This document shows positions 1 to 9,732 of a stretch of DNA of 64,000 nucleotides, piece by piece. Numbering within the stretch: the stretch's first letter is position 1; every line of letters begins with the position of its first letter. Position numbers and translations under genes: made by a program. Below the pieces are notes generated by a model that saw only the letters and a list, made by a program, of their open reading frames with translations, searched no databases and was not told the origin of the DNA. Source of the DNA: Patescibacteria group bacterium (GTDB lineage: Bacteria > Patescibacteriota > Minisyncoccia > Phycocordibacterales > JBBTRF01); the NCBI GenBank assembly GCA_038065315.1, contig JBBTRF010000001.1, forward strand, positions 33,642-97,641, read 5' to 3'.

Positions 1-7
1 AAATGAT

Positions 8-2308
8 ATGATGTTGGGTATGCTGAAAGGTCTGGAGATTGCGGGGTTCAAGTCGTTCGCGAAGAAGAGCGACTTGCATTTTAATACGCCGATCACGGCG
101 ATCGTAGGGCCGAATGGGTCGGGCAAGTCCAACGTGGCCGAGGCGTTTCGTTTTGTGCTGGGCGAGCAGTCGATAAAGTCGCTACGCGGGAAGCGCGGCG
201 AGGACCTCATTTTCAATGGTTCCAACAAGGCGTCAAAGCTGAATCGCGGCTCAGTGAAGGTAGTGTTCGACAATACTCGCCGCGCGATGAATCTCGACTT
301 CGACGAGGTGACCATTGAGCGCGTGGTGCACCGCGACTCTTCGAACGAATATTTCATCAACGGTTCGCTCGTGCGTCTCCGCGACGTCATCGAGCTTCTC
401 GCCACTGCACATGTAGGCGCCACCGGGCATCACATCATTTCTCAAGGCGAGGCGGATCGCGTGCTCAACACCAACATGTTTGAGCGACGCGAGATGATCG
501 AGGATGCGCTTGGTCTCAAAATATATCAATACAAGAAGCAGGAGTCGCTCCGCAAGTTGGAGAAGACCGAAGAGAATATCAAATCGGTGGAGTCTTTGCG
601 CCGAGAGATCGCGCCGCATCTGAAATTTTTGCGCAAGCAGGTGGAGAAGCTCGAGAAAGCGCGTGAGATGAAGTTGTCATTGGTGCAATTGTACAAGGAA
701 TATTTCAAGCGCGAGGAATCGTATGTGAAGCACCAGAAGGAGTTGTTGGAGAAGGAGCGGCACGCGCCGTTGGCGGAGATGAAGACGCTTGAAGCTGAAT
801 TGGCGCATGCCAAGAAGACCCTCGAAGCTTCACAGAAAGAAAGTGGCCGCAGTGGCGAACTGTTGGATGTGGAGGCGAAGCTGAAAGGCGAACGCGCACA
901 GCGTGAGGTGTTGAATCGCGAGCTCGGCCGATTGGAAGGCGAGATCGCCGGCGTCGAGCGCGCTATCCGCCGCATTGACCAGGCTTCGGCCGTGGAGGAA
1001 AACAAGACGGTATATCTGCGCGATGTGCGCACGCTCGTGCAGAGTATCGAGACCGAAATTGCTCAGGTGAATGAGGGAAATTTCCGTGCGGTGTTGGCGA
1101 AGATCCGCGAAGTGTTTGCAGGCTTCATTTCCAGCAATCGTGGCGATGTGGGTGAATCACAGAAGGAGGAATTGCAGAAAGAGCTTGCACGATTGCGTAT
1201 GGAAAAGTCCGATGTCGAGAAGCGCGCCGCGGCGGCGCGCGATGCCGAGCATGCCCTGAACGATGAATATCTCCGCCTGAAGAGCGAGATCGAAAAAGAA
1301 AAAGAAGGTGGCCTTGAGGCTGAGAAGACCATCTTGAAGATCATGGCTCGACAGAGTGAGCTCAATGGCAAATTGTCGAGTCTCCGTGCAGTGGAGGAGC
1401 GTGTACTCATCGAGGCTGAAGACTTGAAGCGGGAAATGGGCGAGGCTGGTATGTTGGTGGGCCGCGCTGCAATCGATTACGCCGCGCTGCTCTCGACTAC
1501 GGAAGAGATCGCGGCCGCGCTTGGCGAGGTTCGTACCATGCAGGTGGAGCGCCGCCGGGCCATCGAAAAGATCAAGATTCGCCTGGAGGAATCCGGCGGT
1601 GCGGGTGGCGACGAAGTGATGAAAGAATTTCGCGAGTCCGAGGAGCGCGACGCTTTCCTAGCTCGCGAGATCGAAGACCTGCACAAGTCTGCGGCTTCGC
1701 TCACGACACTCATCAAAGAGCTGGATGAAAAACTCAACAGCGAATTCCGCACTGGTATCGACAAGATCAATACGCAATTCCAAAATTTCTTTGCGCTCAT
1801 GTTTGGCGGCGGCACTGCTTCGCTTGCACTCGTGAAAGAGGAGAAGAAAAAGCGCCGCTCCGCGCTCAGCTTGCTCACAGGCGACGATGGCGGGGACGAA
1901 ATGTCTGAATCTGAAATGGGTGCGACCGAAGATGGCGAACCGGAAAAGCTGAAAGAGGGAATTGAGATCCAGGTGAGCCTACCGCACAAAAAGACCAAAG
2001 GCCTCATGATGCTCTCCGGCGGGGAACGAGCGCTCACTTCGATCGCGCTCCTCTTCGCGATGTCTCAGGTCAACCCGCCGCCATTTATCATCCTCGACGA
2101 AACCGACGCCGCACTCGACGAAGCCAACTCCCGCAAGTACGGAGACATGATCGAAAATCTTTCAAAATATTCTCAGCTCATCCTCATCACTCACAATCGT
2201 GAGACCATGTCCCGCGCCGGCGTCGTGTACGGCGTCACTATGGGCAGCGACGGTATTTCTAAGCTCCTCTCTATTGCCTTTGAAGAAGCGGTGAAGGTGG
2301 CGAAGTAA
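8..2308 (+). CDS. smc: SMC-family chromosome segregation ATPase (short form, 766 aa)
   Basis: N-terminal Walker A (GPNGSGKSN) after FKSF start; C-terminal ABC signature LSGGERALTSIALLFA and Walker B ILDETDAALD; long K/E-rich coiled coil in between; no clear hinge recognised. Confidence 0.8.
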   Translation: MMLGMLKGLEIAGFKSFAKKSDLHFNTPITAIVGPNGSGKSNVAEAFRFVLGEQSIKSLRGKRGEDLIFNGSNKASKLNRGSVKVVFDNTRRAMNLDFDEVTIERVVHRDSSNEYFINGSLVRLRDVIELLATAHVGATGHHIISQGEADRVLNTNMFERREMIEDALGLKIYQYKKQESLRKLEKTEENIKSVESLRREIAPHLKFLRKQVEKLEKAREMKLSLVQLYKEYFKREESYVKHQKELLEKERHAPLAEMKTLEAELAHAKKTLEASQKESGRSGELLDVEAKLKGERAQREVLNRELGRLEGEIAGVERAIRRIDQASAVEENKTVYLRDVRTLVQSIETEIAQVNEGNFRAVLAKIREVFAGFISSNRGDVGESQKEELQKELARLRMEKSDVEKRAAAARDAEHALNDEYLRLKSEIEKEKEGGLEAEKTILKIMARQSELNGKLSSLRAVEERVLIEAEDLKREMGEAGMLVGRAAIDYAALLSTTEEIAAALGEVRTMQVERRRAIEKIKIRLEESGGAGGDEVMKEFRESEERDAFLAREIEDLHKSAASLTTLIKELDEKLNSEFRTGIDKINTQFQNFFALMFGGGTASLALVKEEKKKRRSALSLLTGDDGGDEMSESEMGATEDGEPEKLKEGIEIQVSLPHKKTKGLMMLSGGERALTSIALLFAMSQVNPPPFIILDETDAALDEANSRKYGDMIENLSKYSQLILITHNRETMSRAGVVYGVTMGSDGISKLLSIAFEEAVKVAK

Positions 2309-2324
2309 TTGAGATTAGAAAAGG

Positions 2325-4322
2325 CTACTTCACAATCACGTAGTCAAGCGCCTTCCGCTCCATATCAGCAGCAATGATCTTGAACTTCACGATATCGCCG
2401 AGAGTGTACATCTTCTTGGTCTTGTCGCCAACGAGCCGGTAGTTTTTCTTGTCCAACGAATAGAAGTCGTCGCCGAGGTCGCGGATTTTGGCCATGCCTT
2501 CGCATTTGGTCGTATTTTCCTCGATATAGATACCCCATTCAGTGACACCGGTGATTGTGCCATCAAACGTCTGGCCAACCTTGTCTTGCATGTATTCCAC
2601 CTGCTTGTATTTGATCGAAGAACGCTCAGCTTCTGCTGCGATCACTTCGCGTTCACTAGACTTTGCTGCGGCACGCTCGTAGGTGGCGATCTCGTGTTCA
2701 GGGATCATGTGTCCATCGAGATAATGCTGAAGCACGCGATGCACCAACACGTCCGGGTATCGACGGATCGGCGAGGTGAAATGCGCATAGTGTTTAAAGG
2801 CGAGACCGAAATGTCCAATATTCTGGGTCGAGTAGATTGCCTTCGCCATTGAGCGGATGGTGGCGGTACGAATGAGTGACTCGTGCGGCGTACCGGTCAC
2901 GGAATTGAGCATTTTCTTGATCGCCTTGGAAGTGATCCGGCCATCATGCGACTCGAGCTCGTAGCCGAGTGCCTTGATAAATTCCGCAAGATCGGCAAGC
3001 TTTTCCGGATCTGGCAGGTCGTGGATGCGGTACAAAAGAGTAGGGCGCTTGGTTTCTTTTTTGCTGTCGATAGTGTGTACAAAAAGCGCGACCTCGCGAT
3101 TGGCAAGCAACATGAATTCCTCGACGAGCTTGTGTGCATCAAAACGCTTTTTTAGAATGACGCGGAGTGGTTTGCCGGTGCCCGGCTCGAGCTCGAATTT
3201 CACTTCGTCTTTTTCAAAATCAATTGAGCCGTCCGCAAAGCGCTGGGCGTTGAGCTTCTTCGCGATGCCGTTGAGGGTCGTGAGTTCTTTTGCGTACTGA
3301 TCGCCTGGACCCTTCTCTCCCACTATCACCGTCTGAGCACTCTCGTAGGTGTATCGATGATTTGAATTGATCACAGTGCGGCCGAACCAGCGCTCCTGCA
3401 CTTTGCCGGTGGCGTTCATCACAAATATCGATGAAAAGGCTGCCTTGTCTTCGTGTGCATTCAAACTACAGAGATCGTTCGACAGCACTTCGGGGAGCAT
3501 TGGAATAGTGCGGTCCACCATGTATACAGAACAAGCACGCTTCGTGGCCTCTTTGTCGAGTGCGCTACCAGGTCGGACATAGTGCGAGACGTCGGCGATG
3601 TGTACACCGATCTCAAAGAGTTCTTCGCCGTTTTGCGCAGCAACTTTTTTGAAAGAGATGGCGTCGTCGAAGTCCTTCGCATCGTGCGGGTCGATGGTGA
3701 AGGTGAGGGTATCACACATGTCGCGGCGCTTGGCAATTTCGGCCGGCGGGATCGGCTTCTGCGTGCGCTCAATCTCGTCTGCCTCGGCCTCGACTTCTTT
3801 CGGAAACACAGTGTCAAAACCTTTTTCCAGCACGATCGAATACATTTCGGCGTCGTTGTTGCCTTTCTTGCCGATGACGCTCAACGCCACGGCCTGCGGA
3901 TTTTTACCCTCAGTCCATTCAGTCATTTCCACCATCACTTTCATGTCTGCTGCGAGGTCTTTCAAGGCGACGTTTTTTGTGCCGGATTTTCCTTCCACAA
4001 TTTCAAAATCTCGATACATGCGCCGATCGTCTGGGATCAAAAAATGTTTGCCCTTTTCGATTTCCACCACGCCAACAAAACGAGTCTTCGCTCGCTGAAC
4101 AATCTTTGTGACTTCACCTTGTGGGCGAGGGGAGCGCGGGTCTTTCGCTGCAGACTTCACTTCCACCTCATCGCCGTGCATGGCGGTGTGGAGGCGGTCT
4201 GGCTGGATTTCGATATCGTCGGCGTCTTCGGGTGCACCCTCGACCGAGAGATATCCGACGCCCTTCGAGCTGACAGAGACGGTGCCGCGATAGAGGTCGG
4301 CAGGAGTTGTTGAAGATTTCAT
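2325..4322 (-). CDS. rnr: Ribonuclease R / RNase II family exoribonuclease (RNB domain plus C-terminal S1 domain)
   Basis: RNB motifs (HIADVSHYV, DRTIPMLPE) and C-terminal S1-like domain; likely start MKSSTTPADLY at 4322 rather than ORF-track start 4460. Confidence 0.85.
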   Translation of the reverse strand: MKSSTTPADLYRGTVSVSSKGVGYLSVEGAPEDADDIEIQPDRLHTAMHGDEVEVKSAAKDPRSPRPQGEVTKIVQRAKTRFVGVVEIEKGKHFLIPDDRRMYRDFEIVEGKSGTKNVALKDLAADMKVMVEMTEWTEGKNPQAVALSVIGKKGNNDAEMYSIVLEKGFDTVFPKEVEAEADEIERTQKPIPPAEIAKRRDMCDTLTFTIDPHDAKDFDDAISFKKVAAQNGEELFEIGVHIADVSHYVRPGSALDKEATKRACSVYMVDRTIPMLPEVLSNDLCSLNAHEDKAAFSSIFVMNATGKVQERWFGRTVINSNHRYTYESAQTVIVGEKGPGDQYAKELTTLNGIAKKLNAQRFADGSIDFEKDEVKFELEPGTGKPLRVILKKRFDAHKLVEEFMLLANREVALFVHTIDSKKETKRPTLLYRIHDLPDPEKLADLAEFIKALGYELESHDGRITSKAIKKMLNSVTGTPHESLIRTATIRSMAKAIYSTQNIGHFGLAFKHYAHFTSPIRRYPDVLVHRVLQHYLDGHMIPEHEIATYERAAAKSSEREVIAAEAERSSIKYKQVEYMQDKVGQTFDGTITGVTEWGIYIEENTTKCEGMAKIRDLGDDFYSLDKKNYRLVGDKTKKMYTLGDIVKFKIIAADMERKALDYVIVK

Positions 4323-4408
4323 AGAGGAATGTTCAATGAATATAGCAGAAAAAATAGAGATTGGCCACTTTGCGCTGGTCTCCAGGAGTTTGACATTCCG
4401 CCTCGAAA

Positions 4409-6040
4409 GTGGCATTTTTAGGTCAGCACAGTTCTCCACAACCCACGTTTTGGAGACCAACCCTCAACCCCCATACGAAGAATATGCTACTCACAGCTGA
4501 AAGCCTCTCGTCGGCCAAACGGCCGACGCCGGTGGGAAGCATGATTTGCCTCCCGCCACCGCACCAGTTTCTGATGCGTGGTATGCGTGCATTGCCGGAC
4601 GCCTGCAGTTCAGAATGGTTTGCTGAAGTCACTGCCCACGCCCAACTGAAAGGCGACCGTTCACCCGATGTTTTGTTCGGTGGACTCCTCAGTCATTATG
4701 GCCACATCCACGGCCAACATCACCGCGAACCGGCTTGGGTGAGAAAGATTCCGCCAACGGTGGTCCAAGAGATCCGCCGTCGGCACGCCATTAACGGTTC
4801 GGAAGAGACCGTCATCGAGCACTCTGGTGCTGGTGGCGTCCGCTTCTGCGTTCCCCACGGATCTTTGTTCGCCGCATCCGAAGAAGTCTTTGATTTCAGA
4901 CGCCTCGGCGGTATTGCCCAGCTCTCGACTCTGCGTGTCCCGGTCTCGAGCATCCCGTCTCCCAGTGCCCAGGCTCAGCCGATGCGCAAGCGCTTCTCGC
5001 ACACCCGAGTCGCACACTGCCGGCGCGTGGCAGGCTTCATGACGCTCATGGCGTCCAACCTTCTCCATGAGCAGGTTGCTCCGGCGACGGTTTCTGCTGT
5101 CGGCCACGACACTCTGACCGCTGCTGGTGGCGACATGACGCACGCTCTGGATCGTGAAGCATTCGACGAGGATCTGCACTTCGCGAGACTTCTCCAAAGG
5201 CCCGATTTCCAGATATTCCTCAAATGTTGGAATCTTCCCGGCGAGCTCATTGTCTCGACGGTGGCCGGACAGGGTGTGCTTGGCGACATGAACGATGCTG
5301 CCGACAAGCTCGGTTACGTCGGGCTCGATGCCGATCACTACCTAGCTGCGGTGAGAGAAAACTTGCCGCTCTGGTATCCGGATGGCTTCCTGGCTATCGA
5401 GGGGATGATCATTAAACATCCTGAGGTCTGCCGGATTTGGGAGTCTGCCCGGATTCGCGAGGGTCAGTTGGTCTTCGAAGATTCGGCTGGTCTCGCGGCC
5501 TTCCTCCGCCTCCGCATGCTCTTGTTCCGCTGGTTGTATTGCAACCCGATCTGCCTGGCCTGGGAACACGCTCTCGCTGAGTCGTTTCTTCGCCCGATGT
5601 ATGTTTCGGGTTTCGTCACCAGGGAACAACTGTGGTCGCACGACGACCGCTGGCTGTCACTCCAGTTTGATGAATTCCTCGAACGTCGTCCGCGCTTCCG
5701 TCCGGGCCTGCTCGAGGATCTCGAGCCGTTTCCGTTCGGCATCACCTTCGAACAGTATTCGACGCTGGAGGCTGCCCTCATCAGAGCGAGGGCCTTCAAC
5801 GACGATTCGTCCAAGACAGTGGTGGTGGACAAAATGACTCCGGTCACCAAGACCGGTGCGAACCGTTTCCGGGTCGTCGAGGGTGGCAAAGTGAAGAAAT
5901 TCTCCGAAGCCTTCACTCGGCAGACTGCAGAGCTCGAAGCTTTACTCCGTGGGGACCAAGTGGTCTCCGTCGCGATCCTCGACCTGCCAGAGCTTGGCAT
6001 CCCCCCGCGCGTGTGGCCGAAGGTGAAGCTCCGCCATTGA
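4409..6040 (+). CDS. Large hypothetical protein with no recognisable domain (alternative start about 4484)
   Basis: 543-codon open frame in GC-rich DNA with GC3 bias consistent with coding; antisense ORFs look like R/S-rich artefacts; no motif recognised by eye. Confidence 0.5.
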   Translation: MAFLGQHSSPQPTFWRPTLNPHTKNMLLTAESLSSAKRPTPVGSMICLPPPHQFLMRGMRALPDACSSEWFAEVTAHAQLKGDRSPDVLFGGLLSHYGHIHGQHHREPAWVRKIPPTVVQEIRRRHAINGSEETVIEHSGAGGVRFCVPHGSLFAASEEVFDFRRLGGIAQLSTLRVPVSSIPSPSAQAQPMRKRFSHTRVAHCRRVAGFMTLMASNLLHEQVAPATVSAVGHDTLTAAGGDMTHALDREAFDEDLHFARLLQRPDFQIFLKCWNLPGELIVSTVAGQGVLGDMNDAADKLGYVGLDADHYLAAVRENLPLWYPDGFLAIEGMIIKHPEVCRIWESARIREGQLVFEDSAGLAAFLRLRMLLFRWLYCNPICLAWEHALAESFLRPMYVSGFVTREQLWSHDDRWLSLQFDEFLERRPRFRPGLLEDLEPFPFGITFEQYSTLEAALIRARAFNDDSSKTVVVDKMTPVTKTGANRFRVVEGGKVKKFSEAFTRQTAELEALLRGDQVVSVAILDLPELGIPPRVWPKVKLRH

Positions 6041-6144
6041 GTCAATTACACAAGGCGCTGGGAAATCCCCGGCGCCTTTTTCTTTTCACTGTGCCGCCGC
6101 GGCCGTATTTGACCATTCTGTGGACTTCTGTTAGAATGGCCGAC

Positions 6145-6543
6145 ATGCTAAAAATACGAATGCAGCGCGTGGGACGAGTCAACAATCCATCATTCCGATT
6201 CGTCGTCACCGATTCTCAGAATGCCACCCGCAGCGGCAAGTTTTTGGAAGTGCTTGGTTCTTTCGACTACCGAAAGGGCGGCGCCGACACCATTGATGCA
6301 GAGCGCGTAAAGCACTGGATCTCAAAGGGCGCGCAGGTCACTGACAATGTGCACAACTACCTCATCGGCAAAAAGATCCTCACCGGCAAGAAGAAGAACG
6401 TCAACCCGGTCAAAGTCGTGAAGAAGGAAGAGCCGAAGGCAGAGGCGAAGGCTGCCCCGGCAGCCGCAGTAAAGGAGGCGCCAGCAGCAGCCGCGGCTCC
6501 AGTTGAGACAGCTGCTCCTGTAGCAGAAGCTCCAAAGGCGTAA
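6145..6543 (+). CDS. rpsP: 30S ribosomal protein S16 with K/A/P-rich C-terminal extension
   Basis: MLKIRMQRVGRVNNPSFRFVVTDS matches the S16 N-terminus; C-terminal tail KKEEPKAEAKAAPAAAVKEAPAAAAAPVE. Confidence 0.9.
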   Translation: MLKIRMQRVGRVNNPSFRFVVTDSQNATRSGKFLEVLGSFDYRKGGADTIDAERVKHWISKGAQVTDNVHNYLIGKKILTGKKKNVNPVKVVKKEEPKAEAKAAPAAAVKEAPAAAAAPVETAAPVAEAPKA

Positions 6544-6630
6544 TAGAGCCGTTTTCTCGTACACAGGTGCGTTTGACGCATCTTTTTGTGCATACTACAA
6601 TAGAAGTCGTTACTCCTAACATTCCGAACT

Positions 6631-6945
6631 ATGCAAGTAGAACATGATGCGCAATTTCTCGAGTATTCGATCAAGGCGCTGGTAGACAATCCGAACGATG
6701 TAAAGATAGTGCGAACCGTAGACGAAATGGGTGTTCTCCTGACTCTCACCGTAAACCCAGCGGATATGGGCAAGATTATCGGCCGCATGGGCAACACCGC
6801 AAAGGCGATTCGTACTTTGTTGCGAGTCGTCGGTATGAAGAATAACGCCCGCGTAAATTTGAAGATCAACGAACCGGAAGGTGGCATGCGCTCCGAGCGA
6901 CCATCGAAGACCGTCGATGAGGCAATGGCGGATTTGAAGATTTAA
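6631..6945 (+). CDS. KH-domain RNA-binding protein (YlqC/UPF0109 family)
   Basis: DMGKIIGRMGNTAKAIRTLL KH core; conserved position between rpsP and trmD. Confidence 0.8.
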   Translation: MQVEHDAQFLEYSIKALVDNPNDVKIVRTVDEMGVLLTLTVNPADMGKIIGRMGNTAKAIRTLLRVVGMKNNARVNLKINEPEGGMRSERPSKTVDEAMADLKI

Positions 6946-6982
6946 GTTGCGAACGCGCGAAAAAGACAGGAAATGAGAAAAC

Positions 6983-7014
6983 AAAAACCGCCGAAGGGGT
7001 GGTTTTTGTTTTTG
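6983..7014 (+). terminator. Rho-independent terminator-like hairpin after the KH gene
   Basis: aaaaaccgcc-gaag-gggtggttttt stem-loop followed by a T-tract. Confidence 0.5.
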
Positions 7015-7062
7015 TCCAAAGAATGTCCGAGGGAGAGGGGCGCCGCGACGTTTTTGAGTACC

Positions 7063-7110
7063 TGCGGATTTCTCATACTTTCCTCATACTTTCGTATGAC
7101 AAATCCGCAC
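7063..7110. repeat. Palindromic intergenic repeat element, copy A (gcggattt-tcatac ... gtatga-aaatccgc)
   Basis: Imperfect palindrome tgcggatttctcatactttcctcatactttcgtatgacaaatccgcac; near-identical copies at 37468-37534 and 62721-62775 (copy C is its reverse complement with 2-3 mismatches). Confidence 0.8.
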
Positions 7111-7217
7111 CTACCCGAAATCATTAGCAAGCCCACCTCGAGTCCTTGCCATACTTGTTTTCTGCAGAAAAATGTGTTTTAATCAATCCTCACTGAGGAA
7201 CATCCTCAAGAAACGTC

Positions 7218-7925
7218 ATGACCACGAAAACCTCTGTCACATTCCACATCGTTACTCTCTTCCCGCAGGCTTTCGACTCGTATCTCGCCGAGTCGATTTT
7301 GAAGCGTGCGATTGAAGACAAAAAGATCGTGGTGAAATTCTACAATCCGCGTGATTTCGCCGTGCAACCAAAGAATCGCAAGCAGACCTACGCCGAACGC
7401 CGCGTGGACGACAAGCCATATGGCGGCGGACCGGGTATGGTGATCGAGGCGTTGCCGGTGATCAAGGCGATCGATAAAGCTATTGGACGAAAGATGAAGG
7501 GGGCGACAAAGCCTGCCTTCATTTGGCTCACTCCGTCTGGTGCTCAATTCACTACGGAGGTCGCTCATGATATTTCAGTCACTGCTAGAGACATCGTCAT
7601 CGTCTGTGGCCGTTACGAAGGCATCGATGCTCGCGTGCAGGAAGTATTTCCGTTTCAGGAAATCTCTGTCGGACCATTTGTACTCACCGGTGGGGAATTG
7701 CCAGCAATGATTCTCATTGACTGTATCGCACGCCAGGTGCCCGGCGTGCTCGGCAACTTTGACTCGCGCGAAGAAGCCCGCAACGCTAGCCCAGACGTGT
7801 ACACCCGACCGGAAGTTTTTACTTACAAAAAGAAAAAGTATCAAGTGCCGCCGGTATTGCTTTCGGGCCATCAGGCGAAGATCGAGGAGTGGAAGAAAGC
7901 GCAGCTTGCCAAGCGCCGGGCTTAG
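7218..7925 (+). CDS. trmD: tRNA (guanine37-N1)-methyltransferase
   Basis: FHIVTLFPQAF...YGGGPGMV... typical TrmD; follows rpsP-KH as in many bacteria. Confidence 0.9.
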   Translation: MTTKTSVTFHIVTLFPQAFDSYLAESILKRAIEDKKIVVKFYNPRDFAVQPKNRKQTYAERRVDDKPYGGGPGMVIEALPVIKAIDKAIGRKMKGATKPAFIWLTPSGAQFTTEVAHDISVTARDIVIVCGRYEGIDARVQEVFPFQEISVGPFVLTGGELPAMILIDCIARQVPGVLGNFDSREEARNASPDVYTRPEVFTYKKKKYQVPPVLLSGHQAKIEEWKKAQLAKRRA

Positions 7926-7943
7926 TATGATATACTTTTCGGC

Positions 7944-8597
7944 ATGGAAAACCGAAATACAAACACCAATGTTGCGATTGCGGTCGCTCTCGTGGCAGTC
8001 CTCATCGCTTATTTGACTCTTGCGCCAAACAAGGCACCGACCGTGCCGACGCCTATTACTCAAAACACTCAAGCCACTTCAACCGTAACCACCAACACTA
8101 TGCCAACTTCAGCGACCACTCCGACTTCAGCAAAAACCGTCACTATCGAAACCAACAAGGGCACCATTGTCTTTGAGATGTTTCCTTCGGACGCGCCAAA
8201 GACTGTCGAGAATTTTGCGACACTCGCACAGAAGGGCTTTTATGATGGCGTCATCTTCCACCGAGTCATCGACGGTTTCATGATCCAGGGCGGCGATCCG
8301 ACTGGCACTGGTATGGGTGGTCCGGGTTACCAATTTGCAGACGAGCTCAATCCAAGCACCCCTTCATACAAACTCGGCTATCAGAAGGGTATGGTGGCGA
8401 TGGCAAACGCCGGTCCAAACACGAACGGCAGTCAGTTCTTCATCATGCTCAAGGACACTCAGCTCCCTCACAGCTACACTATCTTCGGCCGCGTGATCTC
8501 CGGACAGGATGTTGTCGATGCTATTGGCAAGGTTCAAGTAGGCGCCAATGACAAGCCTGTCGACGCGGTGGTGATGAGGAAGGTGACGGTTAAATAA
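7944..8597 (+). CDS. Cyclophilin-type peptidyl-prolyl cis-trans isomerase with N-terminal TM helix and T/P-rich linker
   Basis: FHRVIDGFMIQGGDPTGTGMGGPGYQFADE and SQFFIM cyclophilin motifs; hydrophobic N-terminus then Thr/Pro-rich spacer. Confidence 0.85.
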   Translation: MENRNTNTNVAIAVALVAVLIAYLTLAPNKAPTVPTPITQNTQATSTVTTNTMPTSATTPTSAKTVTIETNKGTIVFEMFPSDAPKTVENFATLAQKGFYDGVIFHRVIDGFMIQGGDPTGTGMGGPGYQFADELNPSTPSYKLGYQKGMVAMANAGPNTNGSQFFIMLKDTQLPHSYTIFGRVISGQDVVDAIGKVQVGANDKPVDAVVMRKVTVK

Positions 8598-8602
8598 CCG
8601 CC

Positions 8603-9550
8603 ATGGAAACTGCTCCTCAGCAGCCGGCGGTTCTCGATGAGGAGAAAAGCGCTTTTGAGCGAGTCGATTTGAAACAGGTTGCCGTATCAATCAATGAATA
8701 TTTTCCGAATATTAAAACGGAAAATATTGTACCGCTCGGCGAGGGTACCCACAGCTGGACGTTTTTGGTGAACGATGAATACGTATTTCGCTTTGCTCAG
8801 ACACCGGTGGCAGCAGAAAATTTAAAGAGGGAAATGGTAATGCTCCCTATTCTGAAGGAATATGTCACGTTGCCAATACCCGATTTTGAATATGTAGCAC
8901 TCGATATGAAAGGTCTCGGATTCTCCGGATATAAATGTATTCAAGGAGGAGGTTTTTCGCGTCGAGTCATTGCGTCGCTGACTTCAGAAGAGCTGGCCGG
9001 TGTCCAGGCGGATTTGAAAGAATTTTTTGACGAGGTTCATTCCATCCCAATCGAACTTGCGTTGGAAGCCGGGGTGCGAGATGTTGATAGCCGAAAAAGG
9101 GTAGAGAGAGTGAGGAAAAAGGCTCTGCCTGCAATAGCTGATTTATTTACTCAGGACGAAGTTCGTTATTTTGAGAAAGTAGTAGACGATTTTCTTGCTG
9201 ATGAAAGAAACTTCATCTACGAGAAGACCTTTCTTCATGGGGACGTGAATCGTTCCAATCTGCGTTTTGATGAAACAAAAAGAAGGGTATCGGGTGTTAT
9301 CGATTGGGGAGAAATGCAAATCGGTGATCCGCTTTTCGATTTGGTGAGGCCCTATTTTTGGCTCGGTAAGGAATTTGTTGAGCCGATGCTGGCACATCTA
9401 CCCGATGAGGAGTACCATTTTTCCGTAGCAAAGATACATAAAATGGCGGTTTTTCTCAGTCTAGGCGCGATTCACTACATGAAAGATACGTATGGCAAGG
9501 AAGCGGCCATTAAGAGAGTTGAGATTTTGAGAAAGATGAGTAATCTGTAA
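8603..9550 (+). CDS. Phosphotransferase-enzyme-family kinase (APH-like)
   Basis: HGDVNRSNLRF (Brenner motif) and VIDWGEMQIGDPLFD (DxG-like) typical of the APH/choline-kinase fold; AT-richer than flanks. Confidence 0.7.
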   Translation: METAPQQPAVLDEEKSAFERVDLKQVAVSINEYFPNIKTENIVPLGEGTHSWTFLVNDEYVFRFAQTPVAAENLKREMVMLPILKEYVTLPIPDFEYVALDMKGLGFSGYKCIQGGGFSRRVIASLTSEELAGVQADLKEFFDEVHSIPIELALEAGVRDVDSRKRVERVRKKALPAIADLFTQDEVRYFEKVVDDFLADERNFIYEKTFLHGDVNRSNLRFDETKRRVSGVIDWGEMQIGDPLFDLVRPYFWLGKEFVEPMLAHLPDEEYHFSVAKIHKMAVFLSLGAIHYMKDTYGKEAAIKRVEILRKMSNL

Positions 9551-9732
9551 GAGTTAAATACCAAAGAGAGAGGGTTTATTCATGAAATTGCAATCTTTTC
9601 GTAAAGTGCTATAATACTGATGTAACTATGAAAAAGACCCTTGTGCAGGTACGCCTGCATCGGGGGCTTTTTCTTTTAGGCATAAAATATTTTATAAATA
9701 CCCCAACAAATTGATTGTGCTAAAATAGGCAT

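Noticed and set aside
6013-6144. ORF-track 5' extension of rpsP (MAEGEAPP...)
   Set aside because: The S16 consensus begins at MLKIRM (6145); the upstream residues are unconserved and overlap the preceding gene end.
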